Part shown: positions 1 to 11,778 of the stretch, piece after piece
Layout of the letters: the number at the start of each line of letters is the position of its first letter
Position numbering within the stretch: the stretch's first letter is position 1
NCBI GenBank assembly: GCA_024626585.2
Contig: JANKJI020000002.1
Span: 37,245,595 to 37,268,639 of the forward strand
Source of the DNA: Ginkgo biloba
Lineage: Eukaryota > Plantae > Ginkgophyta
DNA length: 23,045 nt
Direction: 5' to 3'
The notes under the pieces: model-generated
What the model saw: only the letters and a program-made list of their open reading frames with translations
What the model was told of the DNA's origin: nothing
Databases searched by the model: none
Program-made: the position numbers and the translations under genes

Positions 1-1388
1 CCTAACTTGAATTTGTGGTTATATTATACTATTTCGAGACATGAAAGCTTAATTATATACCGTGATTTACATATTTAAGGGAGATTTATCCTATGCATTA
101 TAACATTTTTATATTGCCATCTTTGTATTCTTTAATAAAGTTTGTGAGAGATTATACTTAACAAAATATTCTTAATCTATGTATAAAACTTCTTCTTCTT
201 GTAAGATACTTTTGGGGATTATTATTTATATATGGTGTTCTACTTTTGAATTTTAATTCAAAGTGTGAAAGTCAAATTGTTTATTTTAGGGACCCAACTA
301 TCACATAAAATTCCTAGTGTGACATGTGTATAGAAAGTTGTACATGAAAAAATAAGGAGGATTTAGGAAAATTTTAGTTCAATAAAAGAATGTCATTTTC
401 AAGAAAACCCATAACACTAATAGGAAAAGGTAAAAAAAAAGTGAGAAAACCAATATCACCTATTAGAAAACCCATTGCATTGATAGTAAGCGCGACGCTT
501 TTTTCTCATTTTACACACTCAAAAGAAAAAGAACCCAAGAAGATGTTTTGTAATAGACAAAGTCATTATAGTCACTTAAAATCATAAAGGCTTCCAAAAT
601 ATGTTGAGACATTTTATGAAGCTTATACTTAAGTGCCTTGAAGATCATACACTTCTACCATACTCAATGTTCTAACTCTAGAAACCACCTCTACGAAACA
701 TGAAAAACTTTACAAAATTGCTACTAATTTTTCTTAATAATAACTATGAGGGAATAATACCTAATATAGAATCTACCTTGGCATTCATGTATTGAGGATC
801 AAACTATAAAATGGTGGTAAAAAAGTGATTCATTATCCTCTAAGTATATAGATATAAAGGGTGCAACTATATGCTCTCAAGCTTTCATAAAATATTAAGG
901 TATACTACAATCAACTATGAGTCAGTAAGTATTTCCCAATGGTGAGCATCATGTTGTAATGTGACTTATAGAAGGTCAATGATAATTTGATATTCTACCA
1001 TATTATTATTTTTATTTTAGCCTAAGTAGCATCCATCTTAGACTACTAATTAGCCATTAAGATCATAAGGTATTTATGTTGCTACATAATAAAAGTAGAT
1101 AACCCTATATGTACTAAGAATAATTTCATAAAAAAATTACAATCAAATAATTCTATAAGCATCTCTAAATGACATATTTTAAATCTTATTAAAATTTTTA
1201 TTTTTTGGAGTATATGCCGATATACATCAAATGTTGTGGATGGATGTTATGCTCCAAGAAAACAATTATTGAAAGATTCATCATTAGTNNNNNNNNNNNN
1301 NNNNNNNNNNNNNNNNNNNNNNNNNNNNNNNNNNNNNNNNNNNNNNNNNNNNNNNNNNNNNNNNNNNNNNNNNNNNNNNNNNNNNNNN

Positions 1389-2548
1389 CAGTTCCTAAAT
1401 TAAATTTTTAATCTTGAGATTGTTGATCCAGTCTCCTCCGCCACATGTCGACATGCGCGCAGTGGCATTTTCCAATGTTAACACACTCCACTGATCACCT
1501 GAACCTCCATGAATCTAAATTTTATATGGATGGTGATTTATTTGAATTCGGGACCATGAGGCTCCAAGAGTTTTGAAAGGTGCATCCACCTATATTGTCC
1601 AAACTCCGAACGGCAGCCTTCGTCTTTATCCAACCCTTTTTAATTTTTCTTGGGTCCGCAACTTTTAACGCTAAGAGGGTCCCACTTTCGCCAATCTCCC
1701 AATCTCTTGTTTATGTAGGGTTGTCTTAAGGAAAAGGTTTTGGTGGGACTCCAAAGTATAGGCGTCGCTTTTATTTACATTTGATTATTACTTTCAGTTC
1801 CACGGGCTTTGACACTTCCTTGTTGGATCAGGCTTCGAGTTTTAGATTTTATATAAACCAAATATCAAGTTTCATCCCCACTCTTCGAGTATCCCCAAAC
1901 TTTTAACTCTGACGTTTAATGTTTATTTTAATACCATAAGATAATTCTTGCGCACACTGCTCTGACATTTACAAATGCGTCATTTCTCCTTATAGTCTCC
2001 TCGTCTATCTGAGTCAGGACCGCTCAAGAGACCATTCCCGTTGGCTAGCTTCTGCCCCATGAATGAGCATCGACAGCTTAGTCGACAACGCTCCATCTTC
2101 ATCACCTCGAGGAAGGATTGAAGAATACGATTCCTCCCCCGGTTGGCTCAGTTACCATCACCTCCTTTTGATTCTCTGTTCCATCCGTGAGCCATGGCTC
2201 CATCGCTTACCTCCTTCCCTAGTTGCGATCCCCGGCCGCTCTATCGTCTCACCCAATCTCCTTGTCTGCAGTGGAACCCGAGAGATTAAAGGAAATCAAT
2301 CAGTTGCGTTTTAATTTTATTTTATTCTATGGTTTGGGTTAAATAATCGGTGGCCCCTCCTTGCTTACGTCATGTCTTTGGCCATATGTGGCTTTCACGT
2401 TTTGGTTTTGAGCCTTCGCTCATATGTTGAGGACCACTTTTGTTTCAAGGTGCTTTAGCATCGGTTGGGTTACCGCTCCTAAGGTTTGTAGGGCACCTTA
2501 GGCTTAGGTTTCGTTCTAGGGTATGGATTTTCAAAGTGGCACCTCACA
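1389..2548 (-). repeat. CpG-retaining, GC-richer non-coding segment; possible LTR fragment
   Basis: Composition differs sharply from the AT-rich flanks. On the minus strand a G-rich tract (GGCAAGGG) precedes TGTGAGGTGCCAC, and a TATA-like CTATAAGG lies near 1990. No partner LTR or target-site duplication is visible. Confidence 0.3.
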
Positions 2549-2553
2549 CACAC

Positions 2554-2879
2554 ACCCTTGCCAACCAACACATAAATGAAAACAACCAAGAAGAATAAAT
2601 GAAACATAAATGTGAAAAATAAAGCATCACATATTTCATAAGATTCATGAATACATTGGAATATTCTTAGTATCACATCATTGATAGAGATATTTTCTAT
2701 CAAGAGTCCATACTAGGAACGTATTATAGATCTTGGGTGACCCTTGGAGAATTCATANNNNNNNNNNNNNNNNNNNNNNNNNNNNNNNNNNNNNNNNNNN
2801 NNNNNNNNNNNNNNNNNNNNNNNNNNNNNNNNNNNNNNNNNNNNNNNNNNNNNNNNNACCCTTGCCAACCAACACATAA
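2554..2879. repeat. Exact 22-bp direct repeat ACCCTTGCCAACCAACACATAA (2554-2575 and 2858-2879)
   Basis: Read directly from the sequence. The second copy starts at the gap edge, and the sequences diverge after the 22-mer. Confidence 0.8.
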
Positions 2880-5800
2880 GCACAGGGAACATGTAACGAA
2901 ACACAAGGAAAGCAATTTAAAAAACTCATAGCAACTTGTATACAAATGTCATAAGTAATTTGAATTAATTGAGTAAATTCTGATTTGTCATAAAAGCTCT
3001 TAAAATCATGGTAGATACATGTTTATAAAGTTATTTTAAGGAAGCATACATTCAATGTGAATTACATAAGGACAAGACATTAATATAAATAAATAAAAAG
3101 AAAAGAGTCATGGTTCTACTTAATGCTAGAAGGTCTAGCATTGTCCCTTGGTTTTGGCTTAAGCATTCTTGTAAAATTAACATCGTGTGAAAGTACGGGA
3201 ACAAATGGGGACACCTTATCTTTGGCCTTGATGATATTTTGTGCATAGGGTGTTAGATTTTAAGGGCAAGATTCATAAAATTGTGACACCTTGAATGACC
3301 ACCAAACTCTACATTACCACATACCTATTCCACCTAATCTAATATATCTTTTTGACCTCAAGTCTACTTAGCACTACAACAACCTCTTGATCATAAAGGC
3401 ACCCAAACGCTAATATACTTCAACTTTAGAATTTAATAGCCATATCAATTAACAATTGAAGTTGTTTGCTTAGATTTCTTTTGCCACATGTTAGTAGGAG
3501 TGCGGTGGTGATTTCTTCCACCGACAAGTATACACATGGCTATAATTTTAGAGAGATTTTATGGTAGGATATATGCCATTAGGTGCAATGGCACTTTGTA
3601 GTTTATTATGATTTATGGTAATGATTATTACTTGAATAGTCTTATCATCACCTAGTGAATCATGGGATTCATTATAGATTATAGGATTCATTCAAGAGTA
3701 CTCTAGGTATGTGATGCTTGTTATGAGCATCTACTCTCATACATTATATACATTCCATGAAGTGGAAAGCATCTAATTGGTCATTTTTTTTATCCCTAAC
3801 TCCCCAAGAAATCTATAATTTTAGGATTTTTAGGAGATTTTTGAAGTTACCAATGGGATGTTCATTTTTTTACTAATATACCTATTTATTAGATTTTACA
3901 TTTGAGGCTCATGCTTTGGTTATTTATCTCTAAATATCTCTTTTACATCTAAATATGCATACTTAGCATCTCAGGTCATTGCTTGTGCCTTTAGTTGTTG
4001 TGTTATTCCTCTCATTGATTATTTGCATGGCACTAGAGTTGTAATATGGTGTAAATTCTCTATGGAAAGATAGTTGTAGGTAAATGGAACATACCATAAA
4101 CCATAAGTTGAAGGAACAAAATTGATGAGGAATTGCTACTAGATGATGGAAATTGCGGATTCTTGTGATGTTGCTAATGAGTATGTTTAGTGCACTCCAA
4201 TCTAACAGTCCAAATTGAATGTCAACCTACANNNNNNNNNNNNNNNNNNNNNNNNNNNNNNNNNNNNNNNNNNNNNNNNNNNNNNNNNNNNNNNNNNNNN
4301 NNNNNNNNNNNNNNNNNNNNNNNNNNNNNNNNNNNNNNNNNNNNNNNNNNNNNNNNNNNNNNNNNNNNNNNNNNNNNNNNNNNNNNNNNNNNNNNNNNNN
4401 NNNNNNNNNNNNNNNNNNNNNNNNNNNNNNNNNNNNNNNNNNNNNNNNNNNNNNNNNNNNNNNNNNNNNNNNNNNNNNNNNNNNNNNNNNNNNNNNNNNN
4501 NNNNNNNNNNNNNNNNNNNNNNNNNNNNNNNNNNNNNNNNNNNNNNNNNNNNNNNNNNNNNNNNNNNNNNNNNNNNNNNNNNNNNNNNNNNNNNNNNNNN
4601 NNNNNNNNNNNNNNNNNNNNNNNNNNNNNNNNNNNNNNNNNNNNNNNNNNNNNNNNNNNNNNNNNNNNNNNNNNNNNNNNNNNNNNNNNNNNNNNNNNNN
4701 NNNNNNNNNNNNNNNNNNNNNNNNNNNNNNNNNNNNNNNNNNNNNNNNNNNNNNNNNNNNNNNNNNNNNNNNNNNNNNNNNNNNNNNNNNNNNNNNNNNN
4801 NNNNNNNNNNNNNNNNNNNNNNNNNNNNNNNNNNNNNNNNNNNNNNNNNNNNNNNNNNNNNNNNNNNNNNNNNNNNNNNNNNNNNNNNNNNNNNNNNNNN
4901 NNNNNNNNNNNNNNNNNNNNNNNNNNNTAAAAGGCCCAATATGCCATGATCCTTATGCAAACCGAGTTGAAGAGCTTTTGAAACTCTCATGATTCTCGTA
5001 CTAGTATAATGGTTGATTGGTTGAAATGGTAAGTAAGATCCCATTTAATTTTCCATACAATCTCTAGAAGGTGATGTTGTTGTGTGCACGTGTATGCAAA
5101 CCATAAACTATTCTCTTTGCAAATTGTTAATAATAAGTTTACGTCATTAAAATCCCAAGCCCCCTCCTGACCCCAAACCAAACCCTCTAACATCTAAATT
5201 TTGTATAAAAAAATTGCATGAAACCTTTCTAAACTAAAATAGTCTCAAATAAATATATAAAATTTTATTTCTACTATCTCAAAGTTTTATTGGACATTAT
5301 AGAAAAACAGGATTAAACTATCCCCTTAAACTCATACGGTGAGCATGTCGTATATTCCATGATAATACAAGTTATACAACCCTGCATGCATTTATACAAG
5401 GACAAAAAACATTGGGACGATCCTCCCGGCTTTGATTTCATTGCAGTCAACTGCTCTTGGCTTAAATAATAATCATTATACTGTTCACATGCACAGACAG
5501 CGTACCGATGCCGAGAAAAACATTAAGTATTCTAGCAAGCCTCCAAAAATTATGCACATGGTGTTTATTCATCGATAATCTTTCGAAGCTTTTGGCACAT
5601 ACGTATAACCTCGGCAACGATTAAATTATACAGCGAATACTGACATTATTTCGGATGCCTACACGTTCTGCCTGATTCTTATTGTCCAATAGAGGAATCA
5701 TCTATCTCTCTGTAACGCACATGCTCGCAAATACGCACTGACAAACCGAACAAAATCCACCAAACCTTCACGAGCTCTGTTACAAAATTGGGCCGTTGAA

Positions 5801-6792
5801 AGCAACTCCTGAACCGTTTTGATTGGTTTTATAATTGTCGTTATGTGTTCCTTCAAAGAATCTTAACCATTTCATTGGCCTGCATTAATTAATTGCCAGC
5901 AGCGATGCCATTGTCTTTTAATTTCTTCCTCCAGGCTATTGGGTTCTTCAAAACTACATTAAAGCATCCCGTGTGTTTTAATTATATTCACATCTTTCTC
6001 TAAGTACTTGGTTTTGTCTGCATGTCAAAACCAAACAGCTGTATTTCCTGACAATACATTGGGTTTTCTATGTGGAAGATGCTAATCGTATTCAATTCTA
6101 TCCGATGATTAAATGTTTTATAATGTCTTGTGGTTTCTATACACTGCTTGAGGATAATGAACCTGCATCTCATAGCCCTGAGTGTATGGTCTCTATTATC
6201 GCTGCAGGCAGTACTGTAGGCATCCATGCAGAATGTCCTTTGGCGCAGATTAATCATTACATTAGCCTTTGGCTGTTGATTTTGCTGCAACAGTGATTTT
6301 TTTGGATCATCTCGTGCCCATTAGGTGGAGCTGTAATGGATCGTCGTTTATTAATATTTTTAGATGCACTTTCTTTAAAATTAATTTGCATAAAACCTTG
6401 ACACTCATCACCATTAATATTATTCTTACTAGCCCCTTAAAGGTAAATAATTCTTAATCATCTAAAATCATTTTTCCATATCCTTAATTTCCATGTTTTT
6501 CCATTTTATTTAAGTAAATCATCCAAGGGAGATTTAGTAGAAGCATAATCCTCCTCTTAAGGATTTTAGTTCTATTTAGATCTAGATTCATATTTCCTTA
6601 AGGAATATTCTTGCATTACATCATTCTATCATCTTGGTGGCTTGTATGATAGCTTACTATGAATATCTTCTCTTATTTTAGAGTCATATAATNNNNNNNN
6701 NNNNNNNNNNNNNNNNNNNNNNNNNNNNNNNNNNNNNNNNNNNNNNNNNNNNNNNNNNNNNNNNNNNNNNNNNNNNNNNNNNNNNNNNNNNN

Positions 6793-6955
6793 GAGGCCAA
6801 CTTATTTAATTTTGGGGATTCCACCTCGGACACCGGAGCCATTCACTTTGTCTTCCCATATAACATGCTTGCAGAGAATCCTCCTTATGGCCAAACCTAC
6901 TTCGGCAAACCGGTTAATCGATACAGCGATGGCAGACTGTCTGTAGATTTCTTTG
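6793..6955 (+). CDS. GDSL lipase exon 1 (5'-truncated by gap), block I GDS motif
   Basis: Translates EANLFNFGDSTSDTGAIHFVFPYNMLAENPPYGQTYFGKPVNRYSDGRLSVDFF. Donor G|GTGAGT at 6956. Missing from the ORF track. Confidence 0.93.
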
Positions 6956-8308
6956 GTGAGTAGTGACTATCTATCTTTAATGCCACTCTTTCCCGGTATG
7001 GTACAGTGCTGGTGAATAAACATTAATATACTGACGACAGAATAATTTGATTTTTTTTTATGGAATATGTCTTAACAGCAAAGGGGCTGGGATTGCCGTT
7101 TCTGAGTCCATATTTGCAGTCAGTGGGTTCTAATTTTGCACACGGAGCCAACTTTGCGGCTGCTGGTGCGACTGTGCGCGAAACGACATTCATTGCTCCA
7201 ATTTCTCTTACTGTTCAGGTCGATCAGTTCAAAATCTTCAAGCAAAAGGTCCTCGACAGCATCAAGGCACACGGTGATTATACTTTTACCGTCATGACTG
7301 ATACAGAATCAATATTGCCCTGGACACATATTAATGCTTGTAGTTATAGGGTAAATGCAGGCTTGAAATATATTGTTACTGTGCAGGCCCTCTGAGCTTT
7401 CTTCCAAGTGCAGACGCATTCAAAAGCGGAATGTACATATTAGAGATTGGGGGTAATGATTTCAGCTATGGGTACATGAACCTTCAACTCAATACCACAC
7501 AGGTCAAGCTCACTATTCTTCCCAGGGTGGTCAGGTCCATTGCAGGAGCTGTCAAGGTGCCATTTCCATCCCACCACATTTTTAATAATTTAAATGGATT
7601 AATTAATCATCTGCATTAATCCATAAATGTTTGCTTGGATGGTTTGATCAGGAATTGTACAACGAGGGTGCGAGAACGATTCTGGTAAGAGACGTCGGAC
7701 CTCAAGGCTGCCAGCCCTTCTGGCTCACATTCTTCTCTCACTCCTCCAACGACTTCGATAAGTATGGCTGCTCCATTTCCTACAACGACGCAGTCAAATT
7801 CCACAACAGATTACTGAGGGCGCAGGTCTCCCTCCTCCGCAAAAAGCTCACCGATGCCACCATCGTCTACGTCAATACATACGATATCGTCTACGACTTC
7901 TTCGTCAACCCCTCCAAATACGGTACCCATTAATTAATTAATTATTAGTTCTACAAAACTCGAATCTCTTCTCCTTCCTCATTTCGGGCCCCTGGCTAAT
8001 CGATGCCTAATTCTTCAATTCAAAATGTATGTTAATGTGCAGGCTTCAAGGCAACTACCACAGCCTGCTGCGGAGTAGGAGGGAAGTATAATTACAATTA
8101 CGCAGTGCAGTGCGGATCCACAGGCATCATTGACGGAAAGACTGTAACGGCCGGCTCGTGTTCGAATCCCGCCTCCTACGTAAGCTGGGACGGAGTCCAC
8201 TGGACAGATGAGGCCAACAGGCTTCTCACCCAACAGATTTTGGATGGCAGGTTCTTCGAGCCTTCGTTTCCCCTCGGCAGCTATTGTGATCTCCAATCCC
8301 TTGGCTGA
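6793..8308 (+). CDS. GDSL-type (SGNH) esterase/lipase, plant GELP family; 5 exons, 5'-partial (354 aa visible)
   Basis: Manual splicing gives an uninterrupted 1065-nt frame: join(<6793..6955,7079..7273,7387..7556,7652..7922,8043..8308). All four introns are GT..AG (123, 113, 95, 120 nt; phases 1,1,0,1). Motifs read directly: LFNFGDSTSDTG (catalytic Ser), PPYGQTYF..RYSDGRL, GANFAAAGA, IGGND, ACCG, SWDGVHWTDEAN (DxxH). It resembles the ENOD8/FXG1-like GELP group by recollection only. The start codon and signal peptide are hidden by the gap at 6693-6792. Confidence 0.95.
7079..7273 (+). CDS. GDSL lipase exon 2
   Basis: Acceptor AACAG ends at 7078. Translates AKGLGLPFLSPYLQSVGSNFAHGANFAAAGATV...DSIKAH. 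Donor G|GTGATT at 7274. Confidence 0.92.
7387..7556 (+). CDS. GDSL lipase exon 3 (GGND block III)
   Basis: Acceptor TGCAG ends at 7386. Translates GPLSFLPSADAFKSGMYILEIGGNDFSYG...AGAVK. Donor AAG|GTGCC at 7557. Confidence 0.9.
7652..7922 (+). CDS. GDSL lipase exon 4
   Basis: Acceptor ATCAG ends at 7651. Translates ELYNEGARTILVRDVGPQGCQP...FVNPSKY. Donor G|GTACC at 7923. Confidence 0.93.
8043..8308 (+). CDS. GDSL lipase exon 5 (catalytic DxxH), stop TGA
   Basis: Acceptor TGCAG ends at 8042. Translates GFKATTTACCGVGGKYNYN...SWDGVHWTDEANR...LQSLG*. Confidence 0.93.
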
Positions 8309-8329
8309 GTATGCATTGAACTTGTAGTA

Positions 8330-8335
8330 AATAAA
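8330..8335 (+). promoter_or_regulatory. Possible polyadenylation near-upstream element (AATAAA)
   Basis: AATAAA begins 22 nt after the stop codon. The hexamer is common in AT-rich DNA, so support is weak. Confidence 0.25.
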
Positions 8336-10706
8336 AGCAACCGGGGGTAAAAATACAATGCATACTGTAGGCTGTAATATTGTATATGTTTACTATGTTG
8401 AGTGTAAGCCATTTCATTGGGATGCTGATTTATTAATACCGAGCATGGAGATCATGTATTTTGTTCTGAGGCATTATTGCTCCGTTCAATAATAGCAAAT
8501 AATCAAACGGTCCTGGATGGAAATTAAAACCGAGTGTAGTCTGGATTTTTGGATCGAATATTGTGCTACCATCATATTTCATTTTAATGTGAATATCGAC
8601 ATCGTTATTTATTCTTACATGGTCAGTGGCACGGAGGTGATGAAAAAGATTACTAAAATTTGATTACTAGTCTGCTATTGCTACTATCGACATGGCATGT
8701 GATCCCATATCCAATTATAATATTCAGTTTTACAGTGATTCACGTCATTGCTTAAATAATCAAGATGTTGTCATTATGTTCAGACAGGTCAAAACATCTT
8801 TTAGCGCATGTTAATCAGGTGTGTCATCCCGCTTAAAATTCGATTTTGCAAATTACGTCACACGGCTTCTTTTCCGTTGTTATAGTCGTGCGTATGATAA
8901 ACGTTCTACACTATCAATATTACAGGAAATTACTTACGGGACTATTCAAAGCAGGTGCGCCGTCTTGCATAAAAATTGCTTTTGATCTAGTCCCTTTACT
9001 GAAACTCGTATGTGTACTCGTTGAGAATATGTTGTGGAAAATGTATAAAAAATTAGAATAATTAAAAAATATATATATTTTCGCTACAACAAGAATGAAG
9101 ATAACAAGTTCTAATTTGATTCTCTTGAAGNNNNNNNNNNNNNNNNNNNNNNNNNNNNNNNNNNNNNNNNNNNNNNNNNNNNNNNNNNNNNNNNNNNNNN
9201 NNNNNNNNNNNNNNNNNNNNNNNNNNNNNNTTGGGTATGTGAGAGCATGAGCACATAGCTTATTCTACTTATTTCCTTGAGTCCACCTAAACTCCCAAAC
9301 TCTAGCTTTGAGTGAGCACTTGCTTCATTTGATTAGTCTTTCTTTATTCACCCTTTGGGTCTACAAGGTGATAACGAAAAAACCTTATCTTTCCAGGCTT
9401 ATGTGTTTTGGGGTTTTCAAATGATAGATTTCAAAAATTATCTATAATCACTATATTTACCCAAAATTTGAACCCTAAACTTACTATTAGATGGAAGAAG
9501 ACATATGCACATTATTATTACAAATCCATTTCCCACTTGAGTTAGTGAGCCTTAAGGATTACCTTTCTTTTTGGGATTTATTGATATTTGGTAATTATCC
9601 AGGGAGGACCACCTATTCGTAAACTATTAAAATCAAAATGGTCTCACTTACTGGATCATGACCCTTTCAGTTCTATGTGATTCATTATTGAATATCTTGT
9701 ATGAGGCTCCAAGGTCTGAACCCCAACATTTGAATACTTAATAGATGCAAAGGTGTTAGGGGTTTTTGATTCTTTCCTTTCTTTTCAATCCACTTATTTG
9801 TAATGCCAACCTATTGATATTTTAATCTTCTTCAATCATTGGACTTGTTATCTTTCCCTACTTATTTTCTTTCTTGCTTAGGGTAATACTCTGTGCTTTA
9901 GTTCTATCATTTTCTCTAAGGTAATGCTTCTTCATTTACCTGCAAAGAAAAGTACAAGGGGGGTCCATTTATGGGTCAACAAGGTGGCCTTTCTTGGTGA
10001 AAAGTGTCCCCTTATAGGGTGTAAATATCCTAGAATCTCTAGTATCACAGATTATAATTCTCCATCAACCTAGTTGTACTATACTTTATGGCAAGAGAAT
10101 CATATTATGTTTATAAGGAATACTCTTAAGCCTTTGATAACATATTTTCGTTATGATATAGAATTTGCATCAATTCTATTATATCGTATTCTTGGTACAT
10201 ACAGGCCATGTTGTGTATTGTGAACTTTCTTGAAAAAAGTGAGTGAAGAAAGAAATTTGGCAGTGCTAGAAGGTTCATGAATACTAAAATTTCTATAAAT
10301 CCATAGAGTGAGAAATATATTAAATAAAATAATGAGGCTAGTTTGTCAGAAAAAATGTTGAAAGAGGCTTCTATGGGTATAGGAATAGAAGACAATAACT
10401 ATTGCCATTTATGATGATTATGTTGAGTAAGAAGTGGTATGAGTGGTGTAGGAAAGAGATTGGGAAGTGGATATAGTTAGGTTATATACTAATAATTTCC
10501 TTTCCACCTAACATACATAATGTTATCTCTTCCATAGAACTATGTATATTCATGTTGGTTAGGGAGACCTTATTTTGGAAAACCTAGTACATAGTTAATT
10601 CAAATGGAAATAATAGGATTAGAGGTAATTACAAGGTATAAGGAGAAGGAATGGGTGGACTTATAAAGGATGATGAATGAAAGGTAGTTTATAATAAAAA
10701 TACATT

Positions 10707-11382
10707 ACTTCTCACATCCTTTTGCATGACATGAAATCCATACTTCAAATTAGTATAGGTTGATTCTTAAGAGGGATTAATGATTAAATATTTTAAGCAA
10801 AACCTCCTCTTAGAAAGTGAACATCCTAAAATGATATGAAATTGGTCCAAGTATAGAGGAACTAATGGAGAGATGATGAGGAAAGAGATGTGCATCATTG
10901 GCTTACATCTCTCTCTCTCTCTCTCTTATCTTTGAATAACAAGATCTTCCATTTTTTAAGGCTTAACTTTCCATTGGAGACCAACGACNNNNNNNNNNNN
11001 NNNNNNNNNNNNNNNNNNNNNNNNNNNNNNNNNNNNNNNNNNNNNNNNNNNNNNNNNNNNNNNNNNNNNNNNNNNNNNNNNNNNNNNNTGCATGATGATG
11101 AAATAATGATACTTCTCACAACCTTTTGCATGATATGAAGTCTATATTTCAAATCAGTGTAATATGATGCTTGAGAGGGATTGATGGTGGAATATTTTAT
11201 GCAAATCCTCCTCTTAGAAATCGTACATCTCTACATGGCATGATGCTAGTCTAGGTATGGAGGATCTTATGGAGAGACAATGAGGAAAGATATGTGAATC
11301 CTTGGCTTACATCTCTCCCTCTCATATTTAAAAGAGTGAGATTAATCCTTCCTAAAATCTTAACATTCCACTAGAAAACAAC
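10707..11382. repeat. Diverged ~275-bp direct duplication (10707-10988 and 11111-~11382) on either side of an N-gap
   Basis: The copies share collinear blocks: ACTTCTCACA, CTTTTGCATGA, GAGGGATT, CCTCCTCTTAGAAA, ATGGAGAGA, TGAGGAAAGA, TTGGCTTACATCTCTC. Many substitutions lie between the blocks. Confidence 0.88.
10908..10926. repeat. (TC)9 microsatellite
   Basis: Pure TC run. The second repeat copy has the shorter, interrupted TCTCTCCCTCTC at the equivalent position. Confidence 0.8.
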
Positions 11383-11778
11383 AGTAATTAGGACACAAAA
11401 AACATGGCTCTAGCTTGTATAGTATTGTAAATGCCAAGGAAGTAGGATGCAGAAAATAGAATTGTGATCTTGGTGCAATATTTGGCAACTTTGAATAATA
11501 GATAATTTTTTCTTCAATGTGTTTCATAAGATTGAAAAGGTGTTAAACATTGTAACTAATCTTCAATAATTGTTTTTAGTTCATAAGTTAGGGAAATGTC
11601 CTCTACCACGATTATTTTAGTTTATAGAGTTCCTTGTCTTGAGACTATATTGTAATAACTTATTCATGAATAAAGGAGGTTTTCCATATTACCCTTGTAC
11701 ATTTTTTAGTTCAAAATAGATAAACAAAGAAAACACTTCAATAATTTGCATATTTTATAAAATTTCACCTTTCTCCAC

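Noticed and set aside
390-587. 65-aa ORF with repeated RKPI (AGAAAACC motif three times)
   Set aside because: Short low-complexity repeat in degraded AT-rich DNA. It has neither CRISPR-like spacing nor a recognisable domain.
4027-4231. PBS-like TGGCACTAGAG followed by a possible gag start
   Set aside because: It has several mismatches to the tRNA-Met PBS, the frame hits a stop immediately, and the sequence then enters a gap.
4190-5044. Long 240-280 aa ORFs in the track
   Set aside because: They are artefacts of translating through the ~700-nt N run.
7616-8417. Minus-strand ORFs overlapping GDSL exons 4-5
   Set aside because: They are antisense shadows of GC-rich coding exons with no independent motifs.
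9231-9935. Minus-strand frame beginning MKKHYLRENDRTK, possibly a gag N-terminus
   Set aside because: Many stops, no diagnostic motif, and no room for an LTR or PBS upstream. It is probably transposon-derived but cannot be assigned.
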